From positions 1-41,483 of the forward strand of contig JAGHAK010000075.1 of NCBI GenBank assembly GCA_021161565.1: DNA of 41,483 nucleotides, read 5' to 3'. Shown one piece after another: positions 1 to 9,700 of the stretch. Below the pieces are notes generated by a model. That model was given only the letters and a program-made list of their open reading frames with translations, searched no databases and had not been told where the DNA came from. This DNA is from Elusimicrobiota bacterium (GTDB lineage Bacteria > CG03). How positions within the stretch are numbered: the stretch's first letter is position 1; each line of letters starts with the position of its first letter. The position numbers were made by a program, and so were the translations under genes.

Positions 1-94
1 ATTGTCCCCCTACTTTTGGAGGTTATTTCAGGGATGTCACCGACGAGAAACCTTCTGAAAATGGCTCAAAAATCCCCTTTTTTACCCGATTCTC

Positions 95-994
95 GTGGAA
101 CTTGGGATTAAAATTTCGGGAGAAAAGAAAAACAAAAAAAAATTTATGGAAATTTTTCCCAGAAAAGGAGAAATTTCCTTGACTGTGGAAACCAACGGAA
201 CCATAGAGCCGCGAAATCGCCTTGAAATAAAACCTCCCATTGCCGGAAGAATAGATAATATCATTGTTGCGGAAGGAGACAACGTCAAAAAAGGCGAAAT
301 TGTTGCGTGGATGAGTTCCACCGAAAGAGCGACTCTTCTGGACACAGCGCGAGCCAAAGGAAAGGAGATGTACAAAAAATGGGCGGATGTTTACAAACCT
401 ACGGCAGTTATAGCACCGATGAATGGGTTCATCATCAAAAGAAATAAGGAACCCGGCCAGACGATAACTTCGCAGGAAGCGATTCTGATAATGGCCGACA
501 CGCTTATCGTAAAAGCGCAGGTGGACGAAACGGATATAGGGAAACTGAAAGAAGGACAGCATTCGACAATTACTCTCGACGCTTATCCTGAGGAGGAAAT
601 TCCCGCGGAAGTGGAACACATCGCATACGAGGCGCAAATAATAAACAACGTAACGGTTTATTATGTAGATATAGCGCTTAAGAAAAAACCGCAAGCGCTG
701 CGAGCGGGAATGAGCGCGGATATAAAAATCACGATTCGTCAGAAAAAAGACGTTTTGCTGGTTCCCTCATATGCTGTCAGAAGGAGCAAAAGAGGTTACG
801 CCTGTATCGTTAAAACACCTTCCGGAAGCGAAAAAAGAAGTTTAAAAATAGGAATTGACGATGGCGAATTGCTTGAAGTCATCGGAGGTATCGATGAAAA
901 CGATGTTCTTCTTGTGGAAGCCAATGTTCGAAGCGACAACAGATTTCCGAGATTCGGGGGCATACCCGGAATGAGAAGAAGCGGGAAAAAATGA
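95..994 (+). CDS. Periplasmic adaptor / membrane-fusion protein of a MacAB-type efflux pump (HlyD family); 5' end unresolved
   Basis: The translation carries MFP-type motifs (IKPPIAGRIDNIIVAEGDNVKKGEIVAWM; IAPMNGFIIKRNKEPGQ; VLLVPSYAV). The stop overlaps the start of the next gene (ATGA at 991-994). The ORF begins at GTG 95 and the same frame has a stop at 54-56. No N-terminal TM helix or lipobox is visible. Confidence 0.75.
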   Translation: MELGIKISGEKKNKKKFMEIFPRKGEISLTVETNGTIEPRNRLEIKPPIAGRIDNIIVAEGDNVKKGEIVAWMSSTERATLLDTARAKGKEMYKKWADVYKPTAVIAPMNGFIIKRNKEPGQTITSQEAILIMADTLIVKAQVDETDIGKLKEGQHSTITLDAYPEEEIPAEVEHIAYEAQIINNVTVYYVDIALKKKPQALRAGMSADIKITIRQKKDVLLVPSYAVRRSKRGYACIVKTPSGSEKRSLKIGIDDGELLEVIGGIDENDVLLVEANVRSDNRFPRFGGIPGMRRSGKK

Positions 995-2940
995 TAAAAC
1001 TGGAAAAAATAAACAAAACTTATCACCTTGGAAAAACAAAAGTTCAGGCGGTAAAAAATGTTTCGTTGAAAATTGAGGCAGGCGAATTTGTTGCCATAAC
1101 GGGACCCTCAGGATCAGGAAAATCCACAATGCTCCATATTATCGGGCTTCTCGACAGACCCGACTCCGGCGCATATTTGTTGTTCGGCAAGGAAGTTTCT
1201 TGCCTTTCAGATGAGGAACTCGCTTCGGTGCGAGGCAACCGGATGGGTTTTGTCTTTCAGACGTTCAATTTGCTTCCGAAGTTGAACGCAAGGGAAAATG
1301 TGGAATTGCCGTTGTTGTATTCCATGCCGGCAGACGGCAGTTTTTATTCGCCCGAGGAAATTCTTGAAAAAGTGGGTCTTGGCAACCGATTAGAGCACAA
1401 TCCGAACGAACTTTCTGGAGGAGAAAGACAGAGAGTGGCGATAGCGCGGGCCCTTGTCGAAAACCCCTGCATAATTCTTGCTGACGAACCAACCGGAAAT
1501 CTCGACAGCAGGTCATCAAGCGAAATTATGGAGATTTTCAAGAATTTAAACAGGGAAGGCATCACGGTTGTTATGGTAACACACGAAATGGAACTGGCAA
1601 ATCAGACAAATAGAATTATAAAGATGAAAGACGGTTTTATTATATCCGACGAGGCAATGTCAGAGAGAAAAATCGCGGTTTCAAAAAAAACATCGGATCT
1701 CGAAATAAAGCGGCTTAAATTCAATTTGGCGCAGGCAAAAAATTATTTCAAGCATGCCTTAAAATCTCTGTCATCCAACAAAACAAGGTCTTTTCTTTCT
1801 ATTCTCGGGGTGCTCATTGGCGAGGCGGCGGTTATTGCGATGCTCGCTCTTGGCGCGGGAGCGAGAGAAGATATCAAACAGCGATTATCTCACCTCGGAA
1901 GCAATGTGTTGAGCGTGCGGCTCGACCGACGCAAAATGCGAAGCATTGCTATGGGAAGCGGATTTGCTTTGAGATTCACTCTCGGGGACGCAAACGCCAT
2001 AAAAAGAATTCCGATTCCTACCCTTGTCAGCCCGACAATCTCGGGGGGAGCGCAGGTGGTTTACAGAAACAAAAACACTGACACAGACATCCTTGGCGTT
2101 GCTCCTGATTACGAATACATACGTTTTTACACGCCTGTAAAAGGCAGGTTTTTCAATTCCGAAGAAACAACCGCTCGCGCGAAAGTTGCACTCATCGGGA
2201 AAAAAGTCGCCGAAAAAATCTTCGGAAACGATAATCCAGTCGGGAAAACAATAAAAATCAACAGAATCGCGTTTCGGGTTATTGGCGAGTTGCCCGAAAA
2301 AGGTTCCGCCGGATGGCGCGATTACGATGACCAGATTATCATTCCGCTGAATACGGCGATGTACCGGTTGTTCGGAAAAAAATATGTCAAAAATATAGAG
2401 GTGAAAGCCCTCGATGAAAAAAACATTCCTATTCTTCAACGCGAAATAAAAAATTTAATTGTGAGGAGACACAAAATTCCCGAAGACAAAAGAGCATTGA
2501 TAGAAGTGAGAAATTGGGCGGAAATTCAGGAAGCGATTTCCTCTACGGCAAAAACTTTCTCGTGGCTTCTCGGATCAATCGCTTTCATCAGCCTTCTTGT
2601 CGGCGGAATCGGAATTATGAACATAATGCTGGTTTCCGTAACTGAGAGAACGCGGGAAATAGGAGTCAGAAAAGCGATCGGCGCAAAAAACCTGGATATT
2701 TTGATACAGTTCATAATAGAAACCGTCGCAATTTGCCTCATAGGCGGAATTATGGGGATAATGCTGGGGGCAGTCATAACAGGCGGTCTTTCGAAATTCG
2801 CGGGCTGGAACACGAAAATATCGGCGTTTTCGATTTCGCTGGCTTTTCTTTTCTCTGCGGTGATAGGCATCTTTTCAGGTCTGTGGCCTGCCAGAAAAGC
2901 GGCTCGGCTCAATCCGATAGATGCATTGAGGTACGAATAA
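991..2940 (+). CDS. macB: MacB-type ABC transporter, fused ATPase + FtsX-like permease
   Basis: Walker [13 protein letters not shown] signature [15 protein letters not shown] and Walker [12 protein letters not shown] are present. They are followed by a TM helix, a large extracytoplasmic domain and C-terminal TM helices ending in the typical ...[16 protein letters not shown]. The gene is translationally coupled to the upstream adaptor gene. Confidence 0.92.
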   Translation: MIKLEKINKTYHLGKTKVQAVKNVSLKIEAGEFVAITGPSGSGKSTMLHIIGLLDRPDSGAYLLFGKEVSCLSDEELASVRGNRMGFVFQTFNLLPKLNARENVELPLLYSMPADGSFYSPEEILEKVGLGNRLEHNPNELSGGERQRVAIARALVENPCIILADEPTGNLDSRSSSEIMEIFKNLNREGITVVMVTHEMELANQTNRIIKMKDGFIISDEAMSERKIAVSKKTSDLEIKRLKFNLAQAKNYFKHALKSLSSNKTRSFLSILGVLIGEAAVIAMLALGAGAREDIKQRLSHLGSNVLSVRLDRRKMRSIAMGSGFALRFTLGDANAIKRIPIPTLVSPTISGGAQVVYRNKNTDTDILGVAPDYEYIRFYTPVKGRFFNSEETTARAKVALIGKKVAEKIFGNDNPVGKTIKINRIAFRVIGELPEKGSAGWRDYDDQIIIPLNTAMYRLFGKKYVKNIEVKALDEKNIPILQREIKNLIVRRHKIPEDKRALIEVRNWAEIQEAISSTAKTFSWLLGSIAFISLLVGGIGIMNIMLVSVTERTREIGVRKAIGAKNLDILIQFIIETVAICLIGGIMGIMLGAVITGGLSKFAGWNTKISAFSISLAFLFSAVIGIFSGLWPARKAARLNPIDALRYE

Positions 2941-2967
2941 TCGTCAAATATGTATATCGGTTCTATG

Positions 2968-3231
2968 CCTATCCGCCTGCCATCGCTACGCTCAGGCGTT
3001 AGTGGGCAGGTCGCAGTCCCCCGCACTTTTACCCGCCTTCGCAGAGCCCACTTCGCCGTAGTAGCCTACAGCTACGAAGGCTGAAAAGCCACCCCGATTC
3101 ATCGGGGTGGATGAATGCGAAAAGGGTAACCCGCTGTAGCCTTGGCGAAAGCGGGTATGCTTCGGCGGGTTCCGCCGAAGAATGTGGAGGTGCCACGGCT
3201 GTGAAGCCGTGGTGCTCCACCATCAGGGAAT
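2968..3231. other. GC-rich multi-hairpin element (candidate structured RNA or REP-like palindrome cluster), family not recognised
   Basis: Local GC is clearly above the flanking sequence. Perfect stems are: 2976-81/3005-10; 3035-41/3075-81 enclosing 3061-65/3071-75; GAAA tetraloop hairpin 3079-90; 3089-97/3102-10 (9 bp); 3129-34/3151-56; 3160-68/3172-80 (9 bp); and a long GTGA-tetraloop hairpin 3184-3220. The only ORF here (3029..3238, minus strand) is not protein-like. Confidence 0.35.
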
Positions 3232-3260
3232 TTGACATCGGCTTTTTTTTAATGTATAAA
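3232..3260 (+). promoter_or_regulatory. sigma70-like promoter for the coiled-coil operon
   Basis: TTGACA (3232-3237), a 17-nt T-rich spacer, then TATAAA (3255-3260). The predicted start site is about 20 nt upstream of ATG 3289. Confidence 0.45.
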
Positions 3261-3288
3261 ATCTAAGAAAATCCGCGCGGGTTTTTTT

Positions 3289-6200
3289 ATGGAAAACAAA
3301 AATAACGATAAAATCGAAAATCTGAAAGTCGCTTTAGGGCGGCAGGTGACGGCGATACACAGAAAGTACGAGAATGAAATTTCCCGCCTTAAGGAAAAAA
3401 TAAACGCGCTCGAAAAAGACAGAGCGTTTCTCCAGGCGAGAGTTTCAATAGAAACAGCAAAACTGAACAGGCAGTTCCGCAGCCGCCTGAGCGAACTCGA
3501 GAGAAAAGAGAAAGAACTCGCACAGAGAGAATTTTTTCTGGCTGAAAAAGAAAAGAAACTGGAACTGCGCATTCAGGAAAAAGAACAGGTCATACAGAAT
3601 CTTAATGTCAAAGCGATGGAGACAGAGTCCAATCTCACGGCTCAGTTCAATCAGAAACTCAGAGACAAGGAATGGGAAAGCGTCAGGAAAGATGACGAGA
3701 TAAAAACTCTGCGGCGGCTTGCCGAAGAGAAGGAAAAGGAAATTCGCAAAATAGCGGAAACGTTAAAGAACGAAATAAACGAGGTAAAAGAAAAACACAA
3801 AGCGGAAATTTTATCGATGAGTTCCCGTTTTGCGGTCGAGAGGGGAGAATTTGAGAGGGAAAAATACGCGCTTCAGCAGACGATAAAAGCGCTGAAAAAG
3901 AACATTTCGGAAAATGTCGTCAGCCGCAGGGAAATCGTGGCTTCCTACGAAGAGAAACTGAAAGCGCAGGCTCTTGAGGCGGCCGAGCAGGTTTCGAACC
4001 TTCAGAATGCGCTTGCCGAAGTCACCGCGGAAAGGGATTCCCTCACGAAAAATCTTGAAGAACTTCGGCTCAAGAGTCATCTGCTTGTGGAGGATACGGA
4101 GAAAAGATACCGCAAGGAGATACAGAATCTGACTTCCGCTGGCCAGGAAGCGAAGAGGGATCTCGCCGCCGCGAAGAAAACGATAGAAGATCTTCAGGCG
4201 GTCATCAAGTCGACCGAGGAAAATTACGAAAAGAAAATTTCGCAGATTGAGGATTCTGCCAGGGTTGTGGAAATCGAACTGCGCAACAGGCTCTCGGAAA
4301 AAGACGCGCAGATTTCCAGAATAGAGAGTGTCAACAAGAAACGCATTGCGGAACTGGAAAGCCTTGTGTCTTCGCTTTCCGAGGAAAAGGATAAACTCGT
4401 CCGAGAAACCGAAATTCTGAAAGAAAGGAACAAAGAAACCGAGAATAAATATTCTGCCCAGTACATTTCTCTTGCGGAAGAGAAGAGACATTTGAAAGAG
4501 ATGCTCGAGAAAGAAATATCCTCGCTGAAGGAGAAAATCGTTCAGAAAGAATCGGCTCTTTCCGCGATGGAAATGGCGTCGAGCCGCGAAAGGACGGATT
4601 TTCAGATAAAAATTTCCGCTCTTGCGGATGAAATCGGCGATTTGAAAAATGAAAAACAGCGCATTGAAATCGAGAAGAATAAAATAATTGAGCAAAAGGA
4701 CGGCGAAATTTATTCGCTGAATCTTCTGATTAAGGAAAGGGAAAAGGAATCTGAGAAGAGATATTCCGAGATTTTGCAAAAATATAATCTTGTCTCGCAG
4801 AAGTTTTCCTCAGAGAGGGAAACTTTCCTCGCCCGCATCGAGGAGAAGGAAAAAGTCATTTCGCAGCTAAAGCAGGATGCAGACCGTTTGCGTCTGGAAA
4901 AGCAGATATCCGTCACAGAAATCGAGAAGGAAAAGAACAGGGAAATCGACCGCCTCAACAACGAAATTTCTAATCTGACAGAAAAGATAAATCGGCTCAA
5001 TGAGAACCTTAAAGCCGAGCAGGCCAGACACGCCAGTGAGATTTCCGAAAAAGACGCGCGGTTTCAGGAAATAGCGGATAATCTTCGTCTCCAGATTGAC
5101 GCGAAAGAAGATGCCATTTTCAAACTGAAAGACGAGCACCAGAGGAAATTGCTTGAAAAGGACAGCGAATATCAGAGAAAAATAGACGAGATGAGAAACG
5201 CGATTCTGGTAAACAGCCAGAAGTTTCAGAAGGAAAAAGAGATTCTGAACAACAAGTTAATATCGCGGGAAAACGAAATCAACGCGCTCAAACAGGCGCA
5301 GGAGGAGCAACTGGCTCACCTGTATTCGGTCAGGGAGTCGGAAAAGGCTGCTTATCAGAAGGAGATTTCACAGCGTTCCGAGAGAATCGGGATTCTGGAA
5401 CAGGAACTTGCGGCCAGGTCTGAGCAGATTAAGAAGTTTGCCTCTGAGACTTCCGCTTTGAAATCGAAAATAGAATCGCTGAAGGAAGAAAAATCCTCGC
5501 TTGAGCAGTCAAACGCTTCCATAATTTCGGAAAAGGAAAACCGCATACTCGCGCAGGAAGCCGAAATCGAGACCCTCAAAAAAGAATTAAATCGCATTGA
5601 GGAATCGAAGGAGAAGGAGGTTGCCCGCGCGAGAGATGAACTTTCGAAAGTTGTTTCCGAGAAAGAGGAATCTTTCGGACGCCTGCGTGCGGAGATGGAA
5701 GAGGTTTCCCGCAAGAATGAAGAACTTTCAGCCGAAAATCTGCGGCTCCGCAATGAAATCGTTTCGCAGAAGAGCGAATTCGAGAAGCGTCAAGATGTTA
5801 TTATTGTCGGCAAAAATTCCGAAATAGACAGGCTCAAAACGGCCCTCTCCGCGGGGAAAAAGGAAATTCAGAAATTGAAGACGGAAAACAAAATCGCTCT
5901 TGAGAATCTGAAAAAGCAATATCAGGAAATAATAAACGAAAAAGAAATGAATTTTTCCCGCCAGATTTCGTCTTATGAGGCAAAACTGGCGTCGCTTGAC
6001 GAACTTAACGGGCAGTTGGCAGAGAAAATCCGCCAGTTGGAGAAGTCGAATATGGCTTCATCCGAGAATTACGAAAAGAAAATTGCGGAAATCAAGACAA
6101 AGTTTGACAGGGAACTTGCCGGCCTCAAAAGCGAGTTTAATAAGGAACGCCGCAAGCTGACGGACAGAATTTCGCTTCTTCGGGAAAACCTTTCCGGAAA

Positions 6201-6753
6201 GGAAGAGGAATTCTCCGCTCGCCTGGCCACGGTAAAAAAGGAAAACGAAAATCTGAGGCGCCAGATCGCCGATATGAAACTTGACAGGGAAGCCGCATCC
6301 GGCAGATGGAACGAGCAGAAACAGGCTCTGCTTGACCAGATAAAAATGATGGAAATGAGGCTAAAGGAAGAGACGAAAAAACTGAAGGAATTTCAGATAA
6401 AATATCACCGCAGAGACGCTCAGGCTATCGAAGAAGCGGGACGTCTGGAGAAGGAATACGCGGAAAAACTCGAGCAGCAGCGCGCGGAATTCGAAAAGCG
6501 GTTGAAGGGTCTTTCAGACGAAATCGGCCGTCTCAAGGACGAACTCGCAGAGGTTTACCGGCGGACATCCGCGGAGAAGGATGCTCTGAAAGAGGAGTAT
6601 GACGCGAAACTTCGGGAGGAGCGCGACAGATTCAACAACGAGAGAATTCGCCTGATGGACGAAATGAGGGATTTGAGAGATATAAACAGGGCACTCGAAG
6701 AGGAACTTTCGTCGATACGAGCTCGCCTTGAAACATTCAAAAAAGGAATTTGA
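3289..6753 (+). CDS. Giant coiled-coil protein 1 (1154 aa), function unknown
   Basis: Uninterrupted 3.46 kb ORF. The composition is dominated by E/K/R/L/I/S with heptad-like spacing of hydrophobic residues throughout. I counted 0 Pro and 0 Cys. There is no Walker A/B, no TM segment and no signal peptide. Confidence 0.85.
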   Translation: MENKNNDKIENLKVALGRQVTAIHRKYENEISRLKEKINALEKDRAFLQARVSIETAKLNRQFRSRLSELERKEKELAQREFFLAEKEKKLELRIQEKEQVIQNLNVKAMETESNLTAQFNQKLRDKEWESVRKDDEIKTLRRLAEEKEKEIRKIAETLKNEINEVKEKHKAEILSMSSRFAVERGEFEREKYALQQTIKALKKNISENVVSRREIVASYEEKLKAQALEAAEQVSNLQNALAEVTAERDSLTKNLEELRLKSHLLVEDTEKRYRKEIQNLTSAGQEAKRDLAAAKKTIEDLQAVIKSTEENYEKKISQIEDSARVVEIELRNRLSEKDAQISRIESVNKKRIAELESLVSSLSEEKDKLVRETEILKERNKETENKYSAQYISLAEEKRHLKEMLEKEISSLKEKIVQKESALSAMEMASSRERTDFQIKISALADEIGDLKNEKQRIEIEKNKIIEQKDGEIYSLNLLIKEREKESEKRYSEILQKYNLVSQKFSSERETFLARIEEKEKVISQLKQDADRLRLEKQISVTEIEKEKNREIDRLNNEISNLTEKINRLNENLKAEQARHASEISEKDARFQEIADNLRLQIDAKEDAIFKLKDEHQRKLLEKDSEYQRKIDEMRNAILVNSQKFQKEKEILNNKLISRENEINALKQAQEEQLAHLYSVRESEKAAYQKEISQRSERIGILEQELAARSEQIKKFASETSALKSKIESLKEEKSSLEQSNASIISEKENRILAQEAEIETLKKELNRIEESKEKEVARARDELSKVVSEKEESFGRLRAEMEEVSRKNEELSAENLRLRNEIVSQKSEFEKRQDVIIVGKNSEIDRLKTALSAGKKEIQKLKTENKIALENLKKQYQEIINEKEMNFSRQISSYEAKLASLDELNGQLAEKIRQLEKSNMASSENYEKKIAEIKTKFDRELAGLKSEFNKERRKLTDRISLLRENLSGKEEEFSARLATVKKENENLRRQIADMKLDREAASGRWNEQKQALLDQIKMMEMRLKEETKKLKEFQIKYHRRDAQAIEEAGRLEKEYAEKLEQQRAEFEKRLKGLSDEIGRLKDELAEVYRRTSAEKDALKEEYDAKLREERDRFNNERIRLMDEMRDLRDINRALEEELSSIRARLETFKKGI

Positions 6754-6765
6754 CCGGAGGTTTGA

Positions 6766-9700
6766 ATGGATAAGAAAAGCCCGTCCAGAGAGATAGACAA
6801 ATTGAAAGAGGATATGCTTTCGCAAATCGAATTTCTCAAATCGCGGCTTGAGAGGGAACGAGCGGAACATCAGGAGAAAATTTTGAAACTTCAGTCGGAA
6901 AACATCGCCATCCGGACGGAATTCAAAGAACGGGAAAATCAGCTTCTCTCCCGGCTGAGGGATCTTCAAAACGAGTTGAAGAGACTGAATCAGGAGTATT
7001 CCGATGACCGAAAAACCTGGGAGGAAATTCTCAAGAGCAAGGAAGAAGAGAAAAGTTCGCTTTATGCGGAACTTGCCATCAAGGAAAACGAAGCTCTCAG
7101 CAGTCAGGAAAAGGAAAAGAAGCGGTTTATGGAAAGAGAGGACAGTCTGCGCCGCCAGATTGAAAATCTCGAAAAGGAACGAGCGGCCGCAAAATCGGAA
7201 CTCTCCGAAAAAATTTCGCAATTCGAAGAGGAAAGGGAGAATATCGTTTCCGGATACGAGGAAAAGATAGCGCTTCTTGAAAAACAGATTCTTTCGAAAG
7301 AAGATGAGATAAAAAAACTGAACGAGGAAATTTCGCGCCTGGAGGAAGAAACAGGACTTGTCCGCGGGGAAAACATTGTTCGCGAAAACGAACTCAACGA
7401 GGAGATTTCCCGTCTCAGGGAAGAAATCGTCAGACTGAAAACGGCGATTGAAAGCGAACGAGCCACCGCGGCTACGCAGGCGCAGATTAAAGACAGAGAC
7501 ATCAGGGAACTGAAGGAAAAATTTATTGATATGGAAAGGCGCCTCACTGAGGACATAGCATCTAAAGAGCGCGAAATTTCCGAACTTCAGCGGACTCTCG
7601 AAAAGGAGAGGGAAGAGTCGTCCCACAGAATACACGAACTTGAAGAGTCGATAAATGTCGTTCGAGCGGAAGCGGTTTTGAGGGAAGATTCCCTGAAGCG
7701 GGAATGGTCGCAGAATCGCGCCTCTCTCGAAGCGGAGAAGAAAGAACTTGAGGATAAAATTTCGGAACTCCGGAATGTTATCGAAACCGAGCGAGCCAGA
7801 TTCGGCGAAGAAATCCGCCGTCGGGAAGAGGAAATCACCCGTCTGAAACAGGAGATACAGAAAAATGTCGCGGATTTCCGCATTGCGCTTTCTGCTAAGG
7901 AAAAGGAGATGGAAGCCCAGCGTTATCAAGACGCTGAGCAGATAAAATTTCTGAAGTCGCGACTTGAACAGGAAAGGGATGTTTTCGAACAACGCCTTGC
8001 CGAGGAAGAAAAAAAATTCGAAAGAATTGTCGATGAAAAGGAAAAAATTGCGCAGGTTCTGCTTCTCAGAGAAAAAGAACTGGACGATTTGAAAAATCAA
8101 TGGGAGATAGAAAAGAAAAACTACAATACCCAGATAGAGGAACTGCGGATTCAGGCGGAGCGCGGGCGGCTCGTCCTCGCGAAAAAAGAGGAAGAGTTCC
8201 GCGGGGAAATTTCCGCCAAGGAAGAGGAAATTCGGGCGCTCAACATAAAAATAGGGGAATTGAATTCCGACTGGCAGAGGCGCCTTAAATTCGCGGAAGA
8301 GGAAATTTTCGCCAACCAGAAGGACAAATTCAGGGAAATAGCCGAACTGAAGGCGCAGCATCAGAAACAGGAAACGGAACTTATAAACCAGTATAACGAA
8401 AAAATAAACGAACTTACGGCGCTCAAATCGGCTTACGAAACGCAGACGCAGGAGCTTTCGAAGGGTCTTCTCGAGAAAGAGGACGAGATAAACACGCTTA
8501 AAAAGGTTTTGTCCGAGAAGGAAGGGGCTCTTCAGCACGCCGCGCGGGAAAAGGAACTCGAAATTGCGCAGGTCAGACACAGATTTGAAGACGAACTTGC
8601 CGCCGCGAGAGGGCAGTTCGAGGCCGAAAGAGAAAGATTTATTTCCGAATTATCGAAAAAAGAGGATGAGAAGAATAAGATTCTGAGCAGGACGGAAAAG
8701 GAAATCGCAGTGATTGACGCATCTTTGAAGGCGAAGGAAACAGAACTCAATCTCGCCGCCGCCCGCGCGAAGGAAGCGCAGGCGAATCTCGCTGCGCAGA
8801 TAAATTCCAAGGAAGCGGAAATTTCTTCGGCACGTTTGGAAATCTCGCGGCTTGTGGAGAAACTACGTCTTCAGGCGGAAAATTTCGACAGGGAAAGGGA
8901 GCGCCAGACGGCGAGTTTTCTCGAACAGTTGAAACTAAAAGAGGACAGCGGTCTTGCCGAGCGAAAGAGATTTCTCTCTGAGATTGAGGAGAAAGAGAAA
9001 AAACTCCAGGCAGAGAGAATCGAAAGCGAAGGGAAAATAAAGGAACTCCGCCAGGTAATTTCGGCGAAAGACAGAGAAATTTCCCATCTTACCGCGCGGC
9101 ACGCGGAAGAAATGGAGGAAATTTCGAAGAAAACCGCGAGCGAGATATCGAATTTGAAAATGAAAATTTCGAATCTCGAAAGCGAAAAGAATTCCCTCAA
9201 GGTTCAGGTGGCAAACCGCGAGGACGCGATAGCGGAATTAAAAAATGTTTCGTCCGAGAAGGAAAGGCATATTAAGGAACTTTTTGAGACGGAAAAAGCG
9301 CAGATTTTGAGCAAACTTACCGCCAAAGATGAGGAAATAAGAGGTCTTCGGCTTCAAATCGCCGAAGTCGAACGCCGCCGCAAAAATGAGATAGAATCTC
9401 GCTCGCTCGATTTTTTAAGGGAAAGAAGTCGCCTGCGCGAGGAAATAAACAAGTATTACAATAAATTTGTCGAAGTGTCATCGCAGGTTCAGGAATTGCT
9501 TGCGGCAAACGCGAAACTCAAAGGCGAGAAAGAGGAAGTTATAATCGAATGGCGGAAGCGTCTCGATGAAAAGGAAAATAATCTTATCGAGGCCAAAAAG
9601 GAACTGGAACGGATTCGGGAAAAATTCGGCGAACTTGGCGCTATGGAAGAGCGCCTCAAGGCGAAAGAGCGCGAACTGGGGGAATGGTCAGGTCGCCTGG

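Noticed and set aside
2968-3231. The GC-rich element as tmRNA, RNase P RNA, SRP RNA, a hammerhead ribozyme or a known riboswitch.
   Set aside because: CTCCACCA at 3215-22 looked tmRNA-like, but there is no T-loop, no 5' GGGG acceptor partner and no tag ORF. There is no GGAAAGUCC (RNase P P4) and no GGAA/AGCAGC SRP domain IV motif. CTGATGG on the minus strand lacks the CUGAUGA...GAAA hammerhead core. I saw no match to the c-di-GMP, c-di-AMP, TPP, ZTP or glutamine riboswitch cores I could recall. I therefore report it only as unclassified.
6514-8580. 688-aa ORF on the minus strand, plus 3811..4779 and other long antisense ORFs across the coiled-coil genes.
   Set aside because: These are shadow ORFs. 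The sense strand is almost pure GAA/AAG/GAG/CTG codons, so the antisense strand (TTC/CTT/CTC) rarely forms stop codons. The products are Phe/Leu-rich low-complexity sequences with no gene-like start context.
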